Source of the DNA: the human T2T-CHM13v2.0 reference genome, Homo sapiens
Assembly: GCF_009914755.1 (NCBI RefSeq)
Contig: NC_060927.1
Strand: one strand, 5' to 3'
Length of the DNA stretch: 64,000 nt
Positions 1 to 14,027 of this stretch are shown here, in pieces. Numbering within the stretch: the stretch's first letter is position 1; every line of letters starts with the position of its first letter. Position numbers and translations under genes: made by a program. Under the pieces are notes generated by a model. It saw only the letters and a list, made by a program, of their open reading frames with translations. It was not told where the DNA came from and made no database searches.

Positions 1-930
1 TTGCAATCTACTCATCTGACGAAGGGCTAATATCCAGAATCTACAATGAACTCAAACAAATTTACAAGAAAAAAACAAACAACCCCATCAAAAAGTGGGC
101 GAATGGTATGAACAGACACTTCTCAAAAGAAGACATTTATGCAGCCAACAGACACATGAAAAAGTGCTCATCATCACTGGCCATCAGGGAAATGCAAATC
201 AAGACCACAATGAGATACCATCCCACACCAGTTAGAATGGCAATCATTAAAAAGTCAGGAAACAACAGGTGCTGGAGAGGATGTGGAGAAATAGGAACAC
301 TTTTACACTGTTGCTGGGACTGTAAACTAGTTCAACCATTGTGGAAGTCAGTGTGGTGATTCCTCAAGGATCTAGAATTAGAAATACCATTTGACTCAGC
401 CATCCCATTACTGGGTATATACCCAAAGGATTATAAATCATGCAGCTATAAAGACACATGCACACATGTTTACTGCGGCACTATTCACAATAGCAAAGAC
501 TTGGAACCAACTGAAATGTCCAACAATGATAGACTGGATTAAGAAAATGTGGCATATATACACCATGGAATACTATGCAGCCATAAAAAAGGATGAGTTC
601 ATGTCTTTTGTAGGGACATGGATGAAGCTGGAAACCATCATTCTCAGCAAACTATGACAAGGACAAAAAACCAAATACCACATGTTTTCACTCATAGGTG
701 GGAATTGAACAATGAGAACACATGGACACAGAAAGGGGACCATCACACACTGGGGCCTGTTGTTTGGTGGAGGGAGGGGGGAGGGATAACATTAGGAGAT
801 ATACCTAATGTTAAATGATGAGTTAACGGGTGCAGCACAGCAACATGGCACATGTATACATATGTAACTAACCTGCACGTTGTGCACATGTACCCTAAAA
901 CTTAAAGTATAACAAAAAATTAAAATTAAA
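1..930 (+). mobile_element. L1PA (approx. L1PA4-5) 3' end: ORF2 C-terminus, 3'UTR and A-rich tail; runs off the window start
   Basis: ORFs 108..359 and 391..657 give L1 ORF2 C-terminal peptides ([31 protein letters not shown]). G-rich 3'UTR; TACCCTAAAACTTAAAGTATAA then A-rich tail. Confidence 0.95.
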
Positions 931-1018
931 AGATTAGAAAGCATAATTAACAAATCCTGCTTAATAACATTTGTAGAACATTGCAATAAACAACTAAGAA
1001 AGACATTATTTTCAAATA

Positions 1019-3033
1019 CAGGTATATTTTGGAGATATTGTGGGTTCAGTTACAGACCATTGCAATAAAGCAAATATTGCAATAATGTGAGTCACACAAA
1101 ATTTTTGGCTTTCCAGTGCATATAAAAGTTATGTTTACACTATACTGTACTCTATTAAGTGTGCAATAGCATTATGTCTAAAAAGCAATGTAAATATCTG
1201 AATTAAAAAACACTTTATTGCTAAGAAATGCTAATGATCATCTGAGCCTTCAGCAAGTCATGATCATCTTGATGGTAGAGGGTCTTGCCTCGATGTTGGT
1301 AGCTGCTGAGTCATCAGGTTGCTGCTTGCTGAAGGTTGGGGAGGCTGTGTTAATTTCTTGAAACAGAACAGCAATGAAGTTTGCCACATAGATTGACTCT
1401 TTCTCAAAATAGTTTTCTGTAGTGTGCAATGCTGTTTGATAGCATTTCATCCATAGTAGAACTTCTTTCAAAATTGCAGTCAATCTTCTCAAACCCCTCT
1501 GCTGCATTAACTAAGTTTATATAATATTCTAAATGCTTTGTTGTCATTTCAATAATGTTCACATAATCTTCACCAGGAGAAGATTCTATCTCAAACTATT
1601 TTCTTTGTTCAAACATAAGAAGCAAAGCTCATCCATTCAAGTTTTATCATGAGATTGCAGCAATTTGGTCATATTCTTAGGGTCTACTTCAGATTCTAGT
1701 TCTCTTGCTAATTCAAACACAACTACAGTTACTTCCTCCACTGAAGTCTTGAACCCCTCAAAGTCATCCATGAAAGCTGGAATGAACTTATTCCAAACTC
1801 CTGTTAATGTTATTTTGACCTCTTCTTATTAATCAAGAATGTTCTTAATGGCATCTAGAATGGTCAATCCTTTCCAGAAGGTTTTTGATTTACTTTGCCC
1901 AGATCCATCAGAGGAATCACTATGGCAGTGATAGCCTCACAAAATGTATTTCTTAAATGATAAGACTTGAAATTTGAAATTACTCTTTGGTTTATGGACT
2001 GCAGAACAAATGTTGTGTTAGCAGGCATGAAAGCAATATTAATCTTTTATATCTTCATCAGAGCTCTTAGGTGAGCAGGTGCATTGTCAATCAGCAGTAA
2101 TATTTTGAAAGGAATCTTTTTTTTTTCCCCTAAGCAGTAAGTCTCAACAGTGGGCTTAAAATCTTCAGTAAACCCTGCTGTAAACAGATGTGTTGTCATC
2201 CAGGCTTTTTTTTTTCCATTCATAGAGCACAGAAAGAGTAGATTTAGCATAACTCTTAAGGGCCCTAGGATTTTCAGAATGGTAAATGAACATTGGCTCC
2301 AACTTAAAGTCACCAGCTTCACCAACCCCTAACAAGAGGGTCAGCCTAGCCTTTGAAACTTTGAAGCCAGGCATTGACATTTCCTCTCTAGCTATGAAAG
2401 TACTAGATGGCATCTTCTTCCAATAGAAAACTGTTCCATCTACATTGAAAATCTGTTGTTCAGTGTAGTACCTGTATGAATTGTCTTAGCTAGATCTTCT
2501 GGATTACTGGCTGCAGCTTTCACATCAGCACTTGCTGCTTCACCTTGACTTTTATGTTATGAAGATGGCTTCTTTCCTTAAGCCTCATGAACCAACCTCT
2601 TCTAGCTTCAAAGATTTCTTCTGCAGTTTCCTCTCCCCTCTCATCCTTCATAGAATTGAAGAGAGTTAGGGCCGTGCTGGAGATTAGGATTTGGCTTAAA
2701 GGATTGTTGTGGCTGATTTGACCTAGCCAGACTACTAAAACTTTCTCTCTATCAACAATAAGTCTGTTTTACTTTCTTGTCATTCATGTGTTCACCGGAG
2801 TAACAACTTTAATTTTCTTCAAGAACTTTTCCTGTCCATTCACAACTTGTCTGTTTGGTATAAAAGCCCTTGCTTTTGGCCTGTCTTAGCTTTCGATGTA
2901 CCTTCCTCCTAAGCTTAATTATTTCTAGTTTTTGATTTAAAGTGAGAGATGTGCAATTGTTCCTTTCACTTGAACACTTCAATGCCACTATAAGGTTATT
3001 AATTGACCTAATTTCAGTATTGTTGCATCTCAG
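1019..3033 (-). mobile_element. Tigger1 DNA transposon (TcMar-Tigger), missing its 5' end
   Basis: TA at 1017-1018 then CAGGTATATTTTGGAGATATTG (Tigger1 terminus). Minus-strand ORFs give pogo transposase remnants ([39 protein letters not shown]). Similarity stops near 3033. Confidence 0.93.
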
Positions 3034-3484
3034 TGACCCAACTTCTTTATATGACTTAGTCAAGCAGGTTTTAATCAATTCCCAAATTAAACTTCACTGT
3101 TTGATGCAGAATTATATGACTCATTTTCTATTTTAAGCCAAGCATGCTTATTTCCTGAACCGTATACTTTTGTGCGTCCCTTGGCGATGCAAACAATTTC
3201 TGCAAGGGGGAATCCCCTTACATAAGGCTGACATATGCTTTTATTTTCTGCTACCCAAGATTATGTAATTCAAATAGAACTTAAGGGAATGCACCTTAAA
3301 CACATTTAGGCACAGAGTAAAGCAGGATTGAGTGAAGAGCGAGCTCAAATTCATGGAAAAACAAATAAAGAGATATGTCATCCTTGTTTTGAGGTTGTGG
3401 GCTCATGGAAGTGGTGACATTTTCCAGGGAGGGTAGAATTGTGTGGAAGGGAGAAAACAGGAAGGGATTAAGGATTTTCATGTA

Positions 3485-3660
3485 TATTCCAGGCACCATA
3501 AAGATGTCATTTTATTTAATCCTCATAACAAACTGTATGAGGCACTAAATTTACACACAAGGATGGTGAGGTTCAGAGTGGGCAAGTGATTTGTTCAATG
3601 TCTCACATAGTTATTAAGCAGTGGAGCCAAGATCTTAACCACGTCTGACTTCAAAGATCA
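3485..3660 (-). mobile_element. MIR SINE fragment
   Basis: TTTAATCCTCATAACAA...GAGGTTCAGAG...AAGTGATTTG is the reverse complement of the MIR core. Confidence 0.75.
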
Positions 3661-3989
3661 CACTTCTCCTAGAATACTATCAGGAGAAGAACGAAGGATT
3701 TAGAACAAATTTCTAGAGGATTCCTGTTCTTGGAGGACATTAGGAGATATAGCTATGTATCTAAATAAACACCCCTACCTGATTTTTTGTTCTTATAAAG
3801 TGAGGAATGCCTCTTGATGTGCTTCACAAAATTTATTTTTAAAAGCAAAAGACTTTTTAAAAATTGTAAATGTCCACTAAACAATGTTTTAAACCGAGGG
3901 TGAGAAAGATGGTGAAGAATGTCCCAAACCCACAGCAAATCAAATTTATTCTTGTAAATTACCTATAGGTAAAAAACAGTATTGAATAA

Positions 3990-4125
3990 CTGAGTCAGTC
4001 AGATCTGAGTTTGAATTCTGATTGCTCCTGACACGTTGAGTGGCCTCAGACACGTTCTTGAACCTTTCTGAGGCTGTTTCCTCATCTGTAAAACAGGAAT
4101 AATAACACCTGCTTTGCAGAGTTGA
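3990..4125 (+). mobile_element. MIR SINE fragment
   Basis: GTTTCCTCATCTGTAAAACAGGAATAATAACACC MIR core. Confidence 0.8.
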
Positions 4126-5189
4126 CACTTTTCAGGGACAACAGCTAAGCTGTCCACAGATGGTGATTCCTTCCTTTCTCAGAAGCAAGTCTTCTTCAAA
4201 TGCTGGTGAAAGCATGAAGAGCCATTTGGTAGAACATCAAAAGAAGGCGGAAGATAAACTAATTGTGCTCCCTGAGGAGTTTCCTTTAGGGGGTGATTTC
4301 TGCACTCTTATCTTATCTGACACCTACTGTTTTCCCTGCTTTCCCCTTTCCTAGCCCTCTTTTGTTCATTACCACTTCCACAGAAGTGGAGCAGAGAAAC
4401 TGGGGAGACAAATCAATAAATTAGTGTTGCTCTATTTTAGCTGTAAGGGAAGGTTTGGTGGACAGTGTTTTATGTGTTTGCTTGAATATTTTGGACTGTT
4501 TGGGTTTCCCTTTTGGATTTTCTTCCTCATCTCCATCAGAAGCTGTGTGAAGTACACCTGTGCCCCAGTAGGCTGGGGGATGGAGTGGGATCCACCAGAT
4601 AGACAGTGGACTCAGAAGTGGGGAGGACTCAGCACCACGGCCCAGGTATGCATCTACTCACACAAGGCTGGTGGAGTTTCTTGGGCCTCTCTGGGGGTCT
4701 TGCCTGTGGGTTCCTGGCACTCAACCTGCAAGACAGGGCCTGGTCCCATGTAGAATCTAGTGCAGGCTTGGACTCAGGAAGAGGAAGAACACCAGAAGTA
4801 AGAGAAGGGGGCTTCTGGGGTATTTGCTGCATGCCCATTTTAGGGGCTTCCCGCTTCATTCTATACCCCAACCTCCTTGACTATTCCTGTTTCCTTAACA
4901 GTCACACTTTCTCCTTCCTAAAATCCCTTTCCTACTTTCTTGCCAGCCTAACGCTTACTCATTCTTCACAACTCATCCTGGGCATTATCATCCTTAAGAT
5001 GCCTTTGATACCTCCTCCTGGACCCTTTTTCTAGGTTAGGCAACTTGTTCTGAGGCTCTTGGTGCTGGACCTCACATTTTTCTTGGTTTCCATTACACTA
5101 AATTCTGAGACTCTGTTGACACATTAGGGGAAGGGATTGCAACTTGTTGATCCTAAACCCCTCTCTTTCTCTGTGTTTCTGAACCTGAC

Positions 5190-6175
5190 CCTTGCTCTTT
5201 ACCTCTGCTATCATCATCCCACTGAGCTCTCCCCATCTCTATCCTAGACTGTATTGGACTTTTACATTGTCCTCTGTCTTGAACCTCATATCTGTTCTCC
5301 AAACGAACCACCAGAGTGTCCTTCTAAAATATAGATTTTACTGTGCCACTCCTCTACTTAGGTGTTCATGGGCTCCCTCATTCCTGTAAGGCGCTGCATT
5401 AGCCTGAGTCTTAGGTCGGGTTGTACCCGAAGCAGACCTTAAGACAAAGAACCAAGTGCAAGTAGCTTATTTGGGAGATGAAGGAAACTTGAGAGGGGGT
5501 GGGTATGTGAGATAGGGAAGGAAAGGCAGCCAATATAGGGTGTGCTGGTGACAGAATATCACAGGGGCAATAGGAGCTTATTCCTGAGGAGTGCCTCTGA
5601 GAGGCAGTTTAGAACGTGCCTCAGTGATGTTACCCAAAGGGTAACCCAGGTTTCCCCCATAAAAACTCCCATTGGTCATTGCTTGAGTGTGTTCCCAGAA
5701 GTGTTAATTACCTGTCACTCTGATCTGCCCTGCAGAGGGCCTGAGCAGCTCCAGTGGCCAGAGAATGCCTTCAGGCAGTAAGTGGCAGATGAATTTGGGA
5801 AGAATAGTGAGTGCTGAGAGAAAATGGGCCAGGAGAAGGAGGGGGGGTGCTGGCAGCATCCTCTACAGCCTGGCTCATAAGACTCTGCATGACCCAAGTA
5901 TTTGCTGGCCATCCAGCCCCTTCTCCCTTCACTCCCATCAGTCTTTGTGCTCTAGTGCCCTGCACTGCCTGTGGGTCTCTGTATACCTCATGCTCTTTTG
6001 TTTTTCTTCCATGCTCTTGCTCATGATATGCCTTCCACCTCGGATGCCCTTCTCTCACTTCTCCATCTAGTTAACATGTACACATTCTTCGAGATTTAGC
6101 ATCACCTTCTCCAAGAAGCCTTTCTTGACTGACTTCTTTCCCCTTCCCCAGCAAGATTTAGATGTCTTCAATGTA
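5190..6175 (+). mobile_element. L2 remnant interrupted by an LTR16-family LTR
   Basis: L2-like segments at 5190-5390 and 5870-6175 (CCAGAGTGTCCTTCTAAAAT; CATCACCTTCTCCAAGAAGCCTTTCTTGAC). Confidence 0.65.
5407..5867 (-). mobile_element. LTR16-family (ERVL) solo LTR
   Basis: Reverse complement starts TGTAGAGGATGCTGCC and ends AACCCGACCTAAGAC. Perfect 5-bp TSD GCCTG at 5402-5406 and 5868-5872. Confidence 0.8.
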
Positions 6176-6554
6176 GCATCTTTCACAGGTCTGCTCCCCT
6201 CACCAGACCATGGGGTCTGTGGCACATATACTCCATCTGATTCTTCCTTGAGTCCCTGGTGATGAGCATGTGGCCTGGCATCTTAATAAACAAGCACTGA
6301 GCTGAACCATGCATCTGTGGTTCATTGTTTGGCACATGGCTTGGACTCAATATTTGTATCTTGAATTGAACTAATCTTTGCCCCAGCTCCCTCTTTGCGT
6401 TGGCAGAGGCAGAAAGGGGACAAAGTTGAGTACTCCCCTCCCCAGAGCACAGAAACACTTTGCTCTTCTTTTACCCAGAAAAATTGGAGCTGGAAGTGGT
6501 GACCGAGGAGAGGCACAGAGGACATAGGAGACAGAAAGCCATCAGGGACACTCA

Positions 6555-6592
6555 AACACACACTCACACACAAACACACACACACGCACATG
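6555..6592. repeat. imperfect (CA)n microsatellite
   Basis: Seen directly in the sequence. Confidence 0.85.
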
Positions 6593-7544
6593 TAAACAGA
6601 TATATGTACAAACATAAAGAAAAAAGACAAACAGAATGAGGGAAGATGGACCCGGGAGCAAGGGAAAGATGGACAGACAAAGAGATGAAGCAAATAGTAA
6701 GGAAAATAGAAGAGATGGAAAAAGGGAAGAATAGAGGGCAGAAACAGGGAAAGGAGAAAATAAGGCCAAATAATGTGCAAATTGGGAAAGATGTGAACAG
6801 AAACCCCTGGAACAAGGTTTTCCATCTGTCAGGGCAGCAGAGATGGAGATGGGAGTTGCACCTATGGGCTATTTGTCTCATCTCCCATTGCTGGACCAAA
6901 GGTGGGGGTGTATGTAGGGGTGGTGCAGGGTGAGGAGGATGAGGGGGCTGCTGCTGTCTGTCCTGAGCCAGAAGAATGGGGCACGCATTTGTTACTATTG
7001 TCTAGTGTGCCTCCTCTGGTGGTGAGTGGTGTCTGGTATTTGTTGGGCCCTCTCTTTGTCCTCTTTTAGGGAGTCAAATCTGCAAGGAATGGGGCAGAGT
7101 GATATAGCCGCTCCCATGTGCATGCCTTTGGCCTTGTGCTGTTGGATTTGCATTGGCTCATAAAAGAATAATGAACTATATCAATTTTTAAAGCTGCCTA
7201 ATGCTCCTCTCAGCTCAGCTGTCTAAAAGTTTGCAAAGCAGACTACATGGCTCCTTGGAAGAAGGCCAGGACACATGACCAAGAGTCAGGGCTGCTGCTG
7301 TGACTGCTAGCACCCTAGATTGTTCCTTGGTGGGTGCCACAATGGTGGGAGGGGAGAGAAATGACCCGACTGTCATTTGGGACAGAGGGCAGGAGCTGAG
7401 AGAAGAGCATTTTGCATGAATTGCCTTCTTTCTGAGTTCCTAGGTAGACCGAATTCAGGAGTTTGGGAAAAATTTCTAAAAAGGCAAGTTCTTTGATTAA
7501 ATCCTTTACCATAGATATTTTCTTCCCTACATGTGTTTGCTAAC

Positions 7545-8240
7545 TGTGCCAGTTATAAAGCTATTATCTCTCAGCTCCAACCCAACATCCTGAACTCTGT
7601 TCGGTGATGCTGGGGCTGGGTCTCTGCAAACCACATTTCTGCCTTGCCCACTGGTTCCTTGTTAAGCTTTGCCAGTAGGGGGCAGAAGAGGGTGAAGGAA
7701 TTTGCTTCTTCCTGTTTCCTTACTGTTCTGTGCAGTACCCTGGCAATGCTTTCTCACCTTAGCAGAGCCAGCTCATTCCCATAGCAGCAGCTGAATACAC
7801 TTGGTAGGTTTTCCAGCATTCACAGAACCAACCTCACTGGGGAAACTCCATGAAGCCATCGACACCAGCCAGTTGCCACCTGCTCCTCAGAGGTCTAGGT
7901 CCCATCTCTGAAGGCCTCCTCCTCCAATCTTCTGAAGTTTTAACAATTCCAATATCTTCCCAGTGTTCTGCCATCTCTAGGGATTGAATAGGGTGACCAA
8001 CTCATCTGGTTTTCCTGGGACTTTCTAGGTTTTAGAGAACTGAAATTCCAGTATCCTGGCAACCTCTTCAGTCCTAGGCAAGTTATGAATGTTGTTCACC
8101 TTAGAGCAGTAGATGCTTCCTGCAGTTGCTACCTCAGTTACTGAGTTAATACTGTTATATCAAGATAGCAATTCTTTATAATAATTTTTCTCTGTCTGAG
8201 TAACTGGTGTGATTTCTGTCCCTGATTGGATCTTGATGCA
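7545..8240 (+). mobile_element. LTR33 (ERVL) solo LTR, split by MER81
   Basis: TGTGCCAGTTATAAAG...CTCTCAGCTCCAA...GATGCTGGGGCTGGG.CTCTGCAAACCACATTTC. The 3' part GCTTCCTGCAGTTGCTACCTC...TAACTGGTGTGATTTCTG resumes at 8104. Confidence 0.8.
7989..8103 (+). mobile_element. MER81 (hAT-Blackjack MITE)
   Basis: About 115 bp with terminal inverted repeats TAGGGTGACCAAC ... GTTGTTCACCTTA. Confidence 0.85.
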
Positions 8241-8389
8241 GCCTCATGTCTGATACTTAGGAAGCAGTGTTAAATCAGAGAGCATCCATTACTGTGGGCA
8301 AAATATAAAATGTTCCACTAAGGAGTATTACCTTGTTTTATCACTGCTATTTTGATCACTACTGCTATAGCAGCAGCTGCTGCTCTGGG

Positions 8390-8575
8390 TGATAACAATA
8401 CCTCACATATGTATAGCATCTCACAGCTCACGGAGCATGGTTGGCCACTATTTTTTGCTTGCTTTTCCAAGAGCTTTGTGAGGTAAGTACTATCATCTCT
8501 GCCTAACTAAATTCGGAGAGGGAGAGTGACTTGCCCAAAGTCACATAGCTAGTCACATATTGCTGAGTTTCAAAC
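8390..8575 (-). mobile_element. MIR SINE fragment
   Basis: GTGACTTGCCCAAAGTCACATAGCTAG. Confidence 0.75.
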
Positions 8576-9279
8576 TTACTTAAAAAAGAAATTCCGGTTC
8601 TTCCTCTTTTTACCTTGTAGCCTTTCTTGAGTTTAGTTGCAGGCAAGCAGCTGTTATCTTTCAGTTTTTAGTGCTTCCCACCCTGCTTCCCGTAGCCTCC
8701 ACCCAGAAGCCTTTGAAGTTTATCTAGCTCTACTGGACAAAATGGACCACAGTGATGCATGGACTAAGGGTACTAGGTTCTGGGTCCTGCACATTCTGCT
8801 GGACATCGCTTCGATACTCAATGCTGACATGTTTTACATTTCCAGTGGATTTTCATTTAAACTAAAAGCTTTCTACAACCTTGGACTTAGACTGGGTTCA
8901 CTTAAAAGGCATTTCTCAGAACACTCAATTTTATTAATATCATAAAATAATGTATGTTAAATAGCTGGATCATTTTATATTCAGAAAACACTCTCAATTT
9001 GAACTGCTTTATTTGGATAGTGATCGAAGGATTCCTGTAATTGATCTTGCTAGGTGGCCTTGGAGAAGTTTGTCTGGAAGATGGAGATTGTGGGAGTGCT
9101 AGGAAGGCAATGCAGCCTGTGCCTTAGCACCATCCAGCACCACCCCTCTGCTACCATGGAGAACAAAAACATCTCTGACGTAGGCCCTACTCTTGGACTG
9201 CTTATACTTTAATTATTGAAATCAGAGCCTGTGCTTAATGATTCTGAAGCAATGATATGATTCTGGCAGCCATGTTAGA

Positions 9280-9420
9280 GTGGATGGAGCACTGTATTCG
9301 GACTTAGAAGACTGGTAGAAGTGAGAAACTTGAGTAAATAACAACCTCTCTGATCCTCTGTTTTCTCAACTCTAAAATATGGGTAATATTTAATATCGAT
9401 TAGGATGTAGTTTTGAAAAT
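9280..9420 (+). mobile_element. MIR SINE fragment
   Basis: AACCTCTCTGATCCTCTGTTTTCTCAACTCTAAAAT. Confidence 0.6.
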
Positions 9421-9544
9421 ATTAGAATCCACAGATGGCCAAATCTTTCCTTTTTCATCACCTCTTATGTCCACTGGTTTCTCAAGAAAGTTAAACACAC
9501 AATAACAGAATAGGATCCAAAGTAGTATTTTACTGATACCTAGG

Positions 9545-10560
<1,016 letters not shown>

Positions 10561-11444
10561 AGCTGTGCACCTAGCCTTTTGCTTGATGTAGAAAGCAAGA
10601 CTCAGCTTAAACATGTGCGGCAGTTGAAGTCATTCAAGCAAATAGAAGGTACCCTGAAGGCTTTGAAGGATCTTCCAGCTCTCAGGGGCCTATGTTTCCA
10701 CTGAAAGCCATGACTGTTTTGCAGGAGACTCTGCTAGTACCAGTTCAAGGAAGGGGAAGTGAAAGCTGCTTGCTTGGTTCTAGACAGCACGTTTTATTTA
10801 TCCCTGAGAAGTAAGACAGAAATGGAATGCCATCAGGATTTGAAAACATTTCTTTAAATATGATGCACTTAAATCCAAAGGCAGGTAATGAATTTTATTT
10901 CATGAGTAAAGCTTCAATATCTTTGATGAGCATATGCAACAAAAGCTGAAAACAAAAGGCATAAAATTACCATGGTGATGGCTAATTGTGTTGAATCTGC
11001 ATATATTAGTTCCCAGTGACACAAATAACACTCTGGTAGGCTAAAGTGCTAAGACACAGAAAGTATTGTTCTGTTTAAAATGAAAATCACAGTCTGCTTT
11101 GATTAAAAAATAACATTAGATATATTAATATTGGCAAATTAAATACTGTCTAATGGTGAACAGAAAAGAAAATCATCATTTCCCCTCCAAACTATTTGAG
11201 AATCCAGTTTAGGATTATTGTGCTAGGGACAGGAATATGGTGATAAGCTCTGTACTAGAGGGACTTTTGAAATAGAATATTGATCTTTGGGGTCTTCCTC
11301 TTTCCTTTCAGCAGCATTTTTTGCACTGGCATTCTTTTCTCCAGATACCCAATTGTCTCCTCTGTAACTGGCACTGTGGTAGGAACTACAAGAAAGATAA
11401 AAAAGAAATATGAGGCTGAACTTTACAGTCATAACCAGTAGGCC

Positions 11445-11585
11445 TCAACACCTGCCAACTTTGGGCAAATAATTTACTTATGTGAAACTCAATTTCCTCA
11501 TATGTAAAATGCGGAGAATGTGCACCTTGAATAAGATAATGACTATAAAGCATCCAGAACATATCATTTGTTAATGATATTAGTT
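11445..11585 (+). mobile_element. MIR SINE fragment
   Basis: CTTTGGGCAAAT...CTCAATTTCCTCATATGTAAAATG. Confidence 0.7.
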
Positions 11586-12339
11586 GGAGAGATAAGGCCA
11601 GTTCACTTGAAATAATGGCAGAGTCAGGGAGACACTACAGTTATGTGTCAAACTGTCATTTGGGCTCCAAATTCTGGGGAACTTCAGAAAAGGAGGTCAG
11701 GCTTCCTGAATAAAAGGAGGCTTGAGCTGGGCATATCAATTGAGCAGACAAGTGCTGAGAGTCTGCACTTGCAAAGCATCTTATAAAGGATGGTGTGAAG
11801 GCAGAAATAGGCATGTTGGTGGGCAAGAGGGAGACTTAAATAATATGCATGAAAGTGATGGCAACTAGTGTTGGGATTGCATCACAGAGGGTCATGAAAT
11901 CCCGGTACAGGAGCATAGGATGTGATGGGTCTGTCTAGCAAGCAGGCTCCAGTTCTTAATGCTCTTAAGAAATCATATATATTCCTAATTATTTTAAGTT
12001 TGTGTAATGTGCCTTTTCCCCTGGAACCATTTCAGTTTCCTTTTTTCTTTCTTTTTCCAAATTATAATCCAATCTTCACCCTATAGTGCACTGTTTACTT
12101 TGAAGTGCAATTAAAGGACTGGGCCAAAAAGCAAATGGAGCACATCTTGCCAACTCTACCTGCAAAGTGCTTTACATTTGCTTAACTGTGACTCAGATTC
12201 GGAACGACCTGAGAAGGAACGGGCAGTGGTGTTTGGGTGCTGACAGCGCCATCTATTACCTTGCTGGCAGCCAGGAAAGAGAGCCAGTGGAACTATTTGA
12301 GAAAGGATGAACTAGGAAGCAAATAGTGATTCAAGATGA

Positions 12340-12560
12340 ATAATAATTTCTCATACCTGTATTGTGATTTACAAGTCTTTAGAATGCTCTCACAGTCAGT
12401 AACTCATGTAATTCCTAGGACAACCCTATGAGGTTATTAAAGAAAATGCTGTCCTCATTTTACACATGGGAGAGCTGAAATTGAAAGAAAAAAGTCTTGC
12501 CCCAGTTTACAAAGCAAGTCAATGCAGAGGTAATTGGAAACTCAAGTTGTTACTTTCACC
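12340..12560 (-). mobile_element. MIR SINE
   Basis: CAACCCTATGAGGT...CTCATTTTACACATGGGAG. Confidence 0.7.
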
Positions 12561-12897
12561 CATCAAATGTCTGTTCTGTGTTAACTGCTCCGGAATCCTC
12601 TGCCTCACTGTGTTGGTGGTAGACTGGAGGACACTATATTATGGATTAAATAGTTAGGGAACCAGCCAGGAGGCTATTTTTGGTGAATCAGACATGAGGT
12701 GAGGAGGGGTTGCATGATACCAGAGCTTCACTCTCTTATGATCCCTTTGGGCATTGTTTTTCAGTCTCCCAGTTGGCTCCCTTCCTCTCTGCTTAAGCAT
12801 TGGCACCTCCCACTGTTTGGCTGTTGCCTCTATTCTCTTCTCTCTCTCCATGCTCCCATGGGTGAAGCCACTCTCTATAAAAGTCATTAACTTTTAG

Positions 12898-13203
<306 letters not shown>

Positions 13204-13329
13204 GATCCATTCTGTATTCACAGTTCCAGCCCAGACAGATCTCCCAAGATCAAGATTTGTTTAAGGACAGTTTCTTGACTCACTGGGTTTCACCCTTCCC
13301 CTTTGTCTCTTGAATCATATTCTATCTTT

Positions 13330-13920
13330 TATTCCTTCCCTCTCCTGAATCTTAAAATTCTTCCTCTTCAGGAATCCTTCTTATTAGTATTTAAAACACT
13401 CAAATTTCTCCTGTTTGAAAATTAAAATAGAAAACTCTTCCCCATTTTTTTGAACACATGTCCCTCTTCAAATATAGCCCTATTTCTCTTCTCTCCTCCA
13501 CATACAAACTTTGCAGAGCATTTTGTGTACTTGCTGTCTCCATTTTTCACCTCCCATCTATACTTCTCAACCCACTCCAGTCTGGCCTCTGTCCTCATCA
13601 TGCCTAGCTCTTGCGAGGATCCTCAATGACCTCTGCATCACTAAGTCCAGTGACATTTTCTGTGCTCATGTTATAAGACGCAGCAGAAATCAATGCAGTG
13701 AACCATTTCATTATCCATGGAACATTTTTACCTTGGCTTCTGTGACACAAAGTGCTCCTGGGCCTTTTCTCCTCACTCTATACGTAATTACCAAGTGATT
13801 TTCCAAATCTTCAGACCAGCTATATGGAGGCAACTCTCAACCTTACAAATCTAGCCTACACATATGTTCTAATCCTCAGATCTGCATAGTCTAACTCTCA
13901 ACAAAGTTTCCCCTTGGACA
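13330..13920 (+). mobile_element. L2 ORF2-region remnant
   Basis: CTTCTCAACCCACTCCAGTCTGGC, CAATGACCTC...CTAAGTCCAGTG, CTTGGCTTCTGTGACAC. Confidence 0.7.
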
Positions 13921-14027
13921 GCTCCAAGGCTTGGCCAGGACAGAATAAATTTACCCGGTGTCAGTGTTTCTCATTTCTAGAAGGTGTTTGTTTTTTTTTT
14001 CTTGGTTGGGAGGAGGAAGTCTCAATA

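Noticed and set aside
2047-2413. Transposase-like ORFs suggesting a domesticated TIGD-type gene
   Set aside because: Multiple frameshifts and stops show neutral Tigger1 decay.
6322-6933. Overlapping 75-167 aa ORFs with hydrophobic or charged composition
   Set aside because: They are artefacts of a purine-rich low-complexity tract plus a (CA)n repeat.
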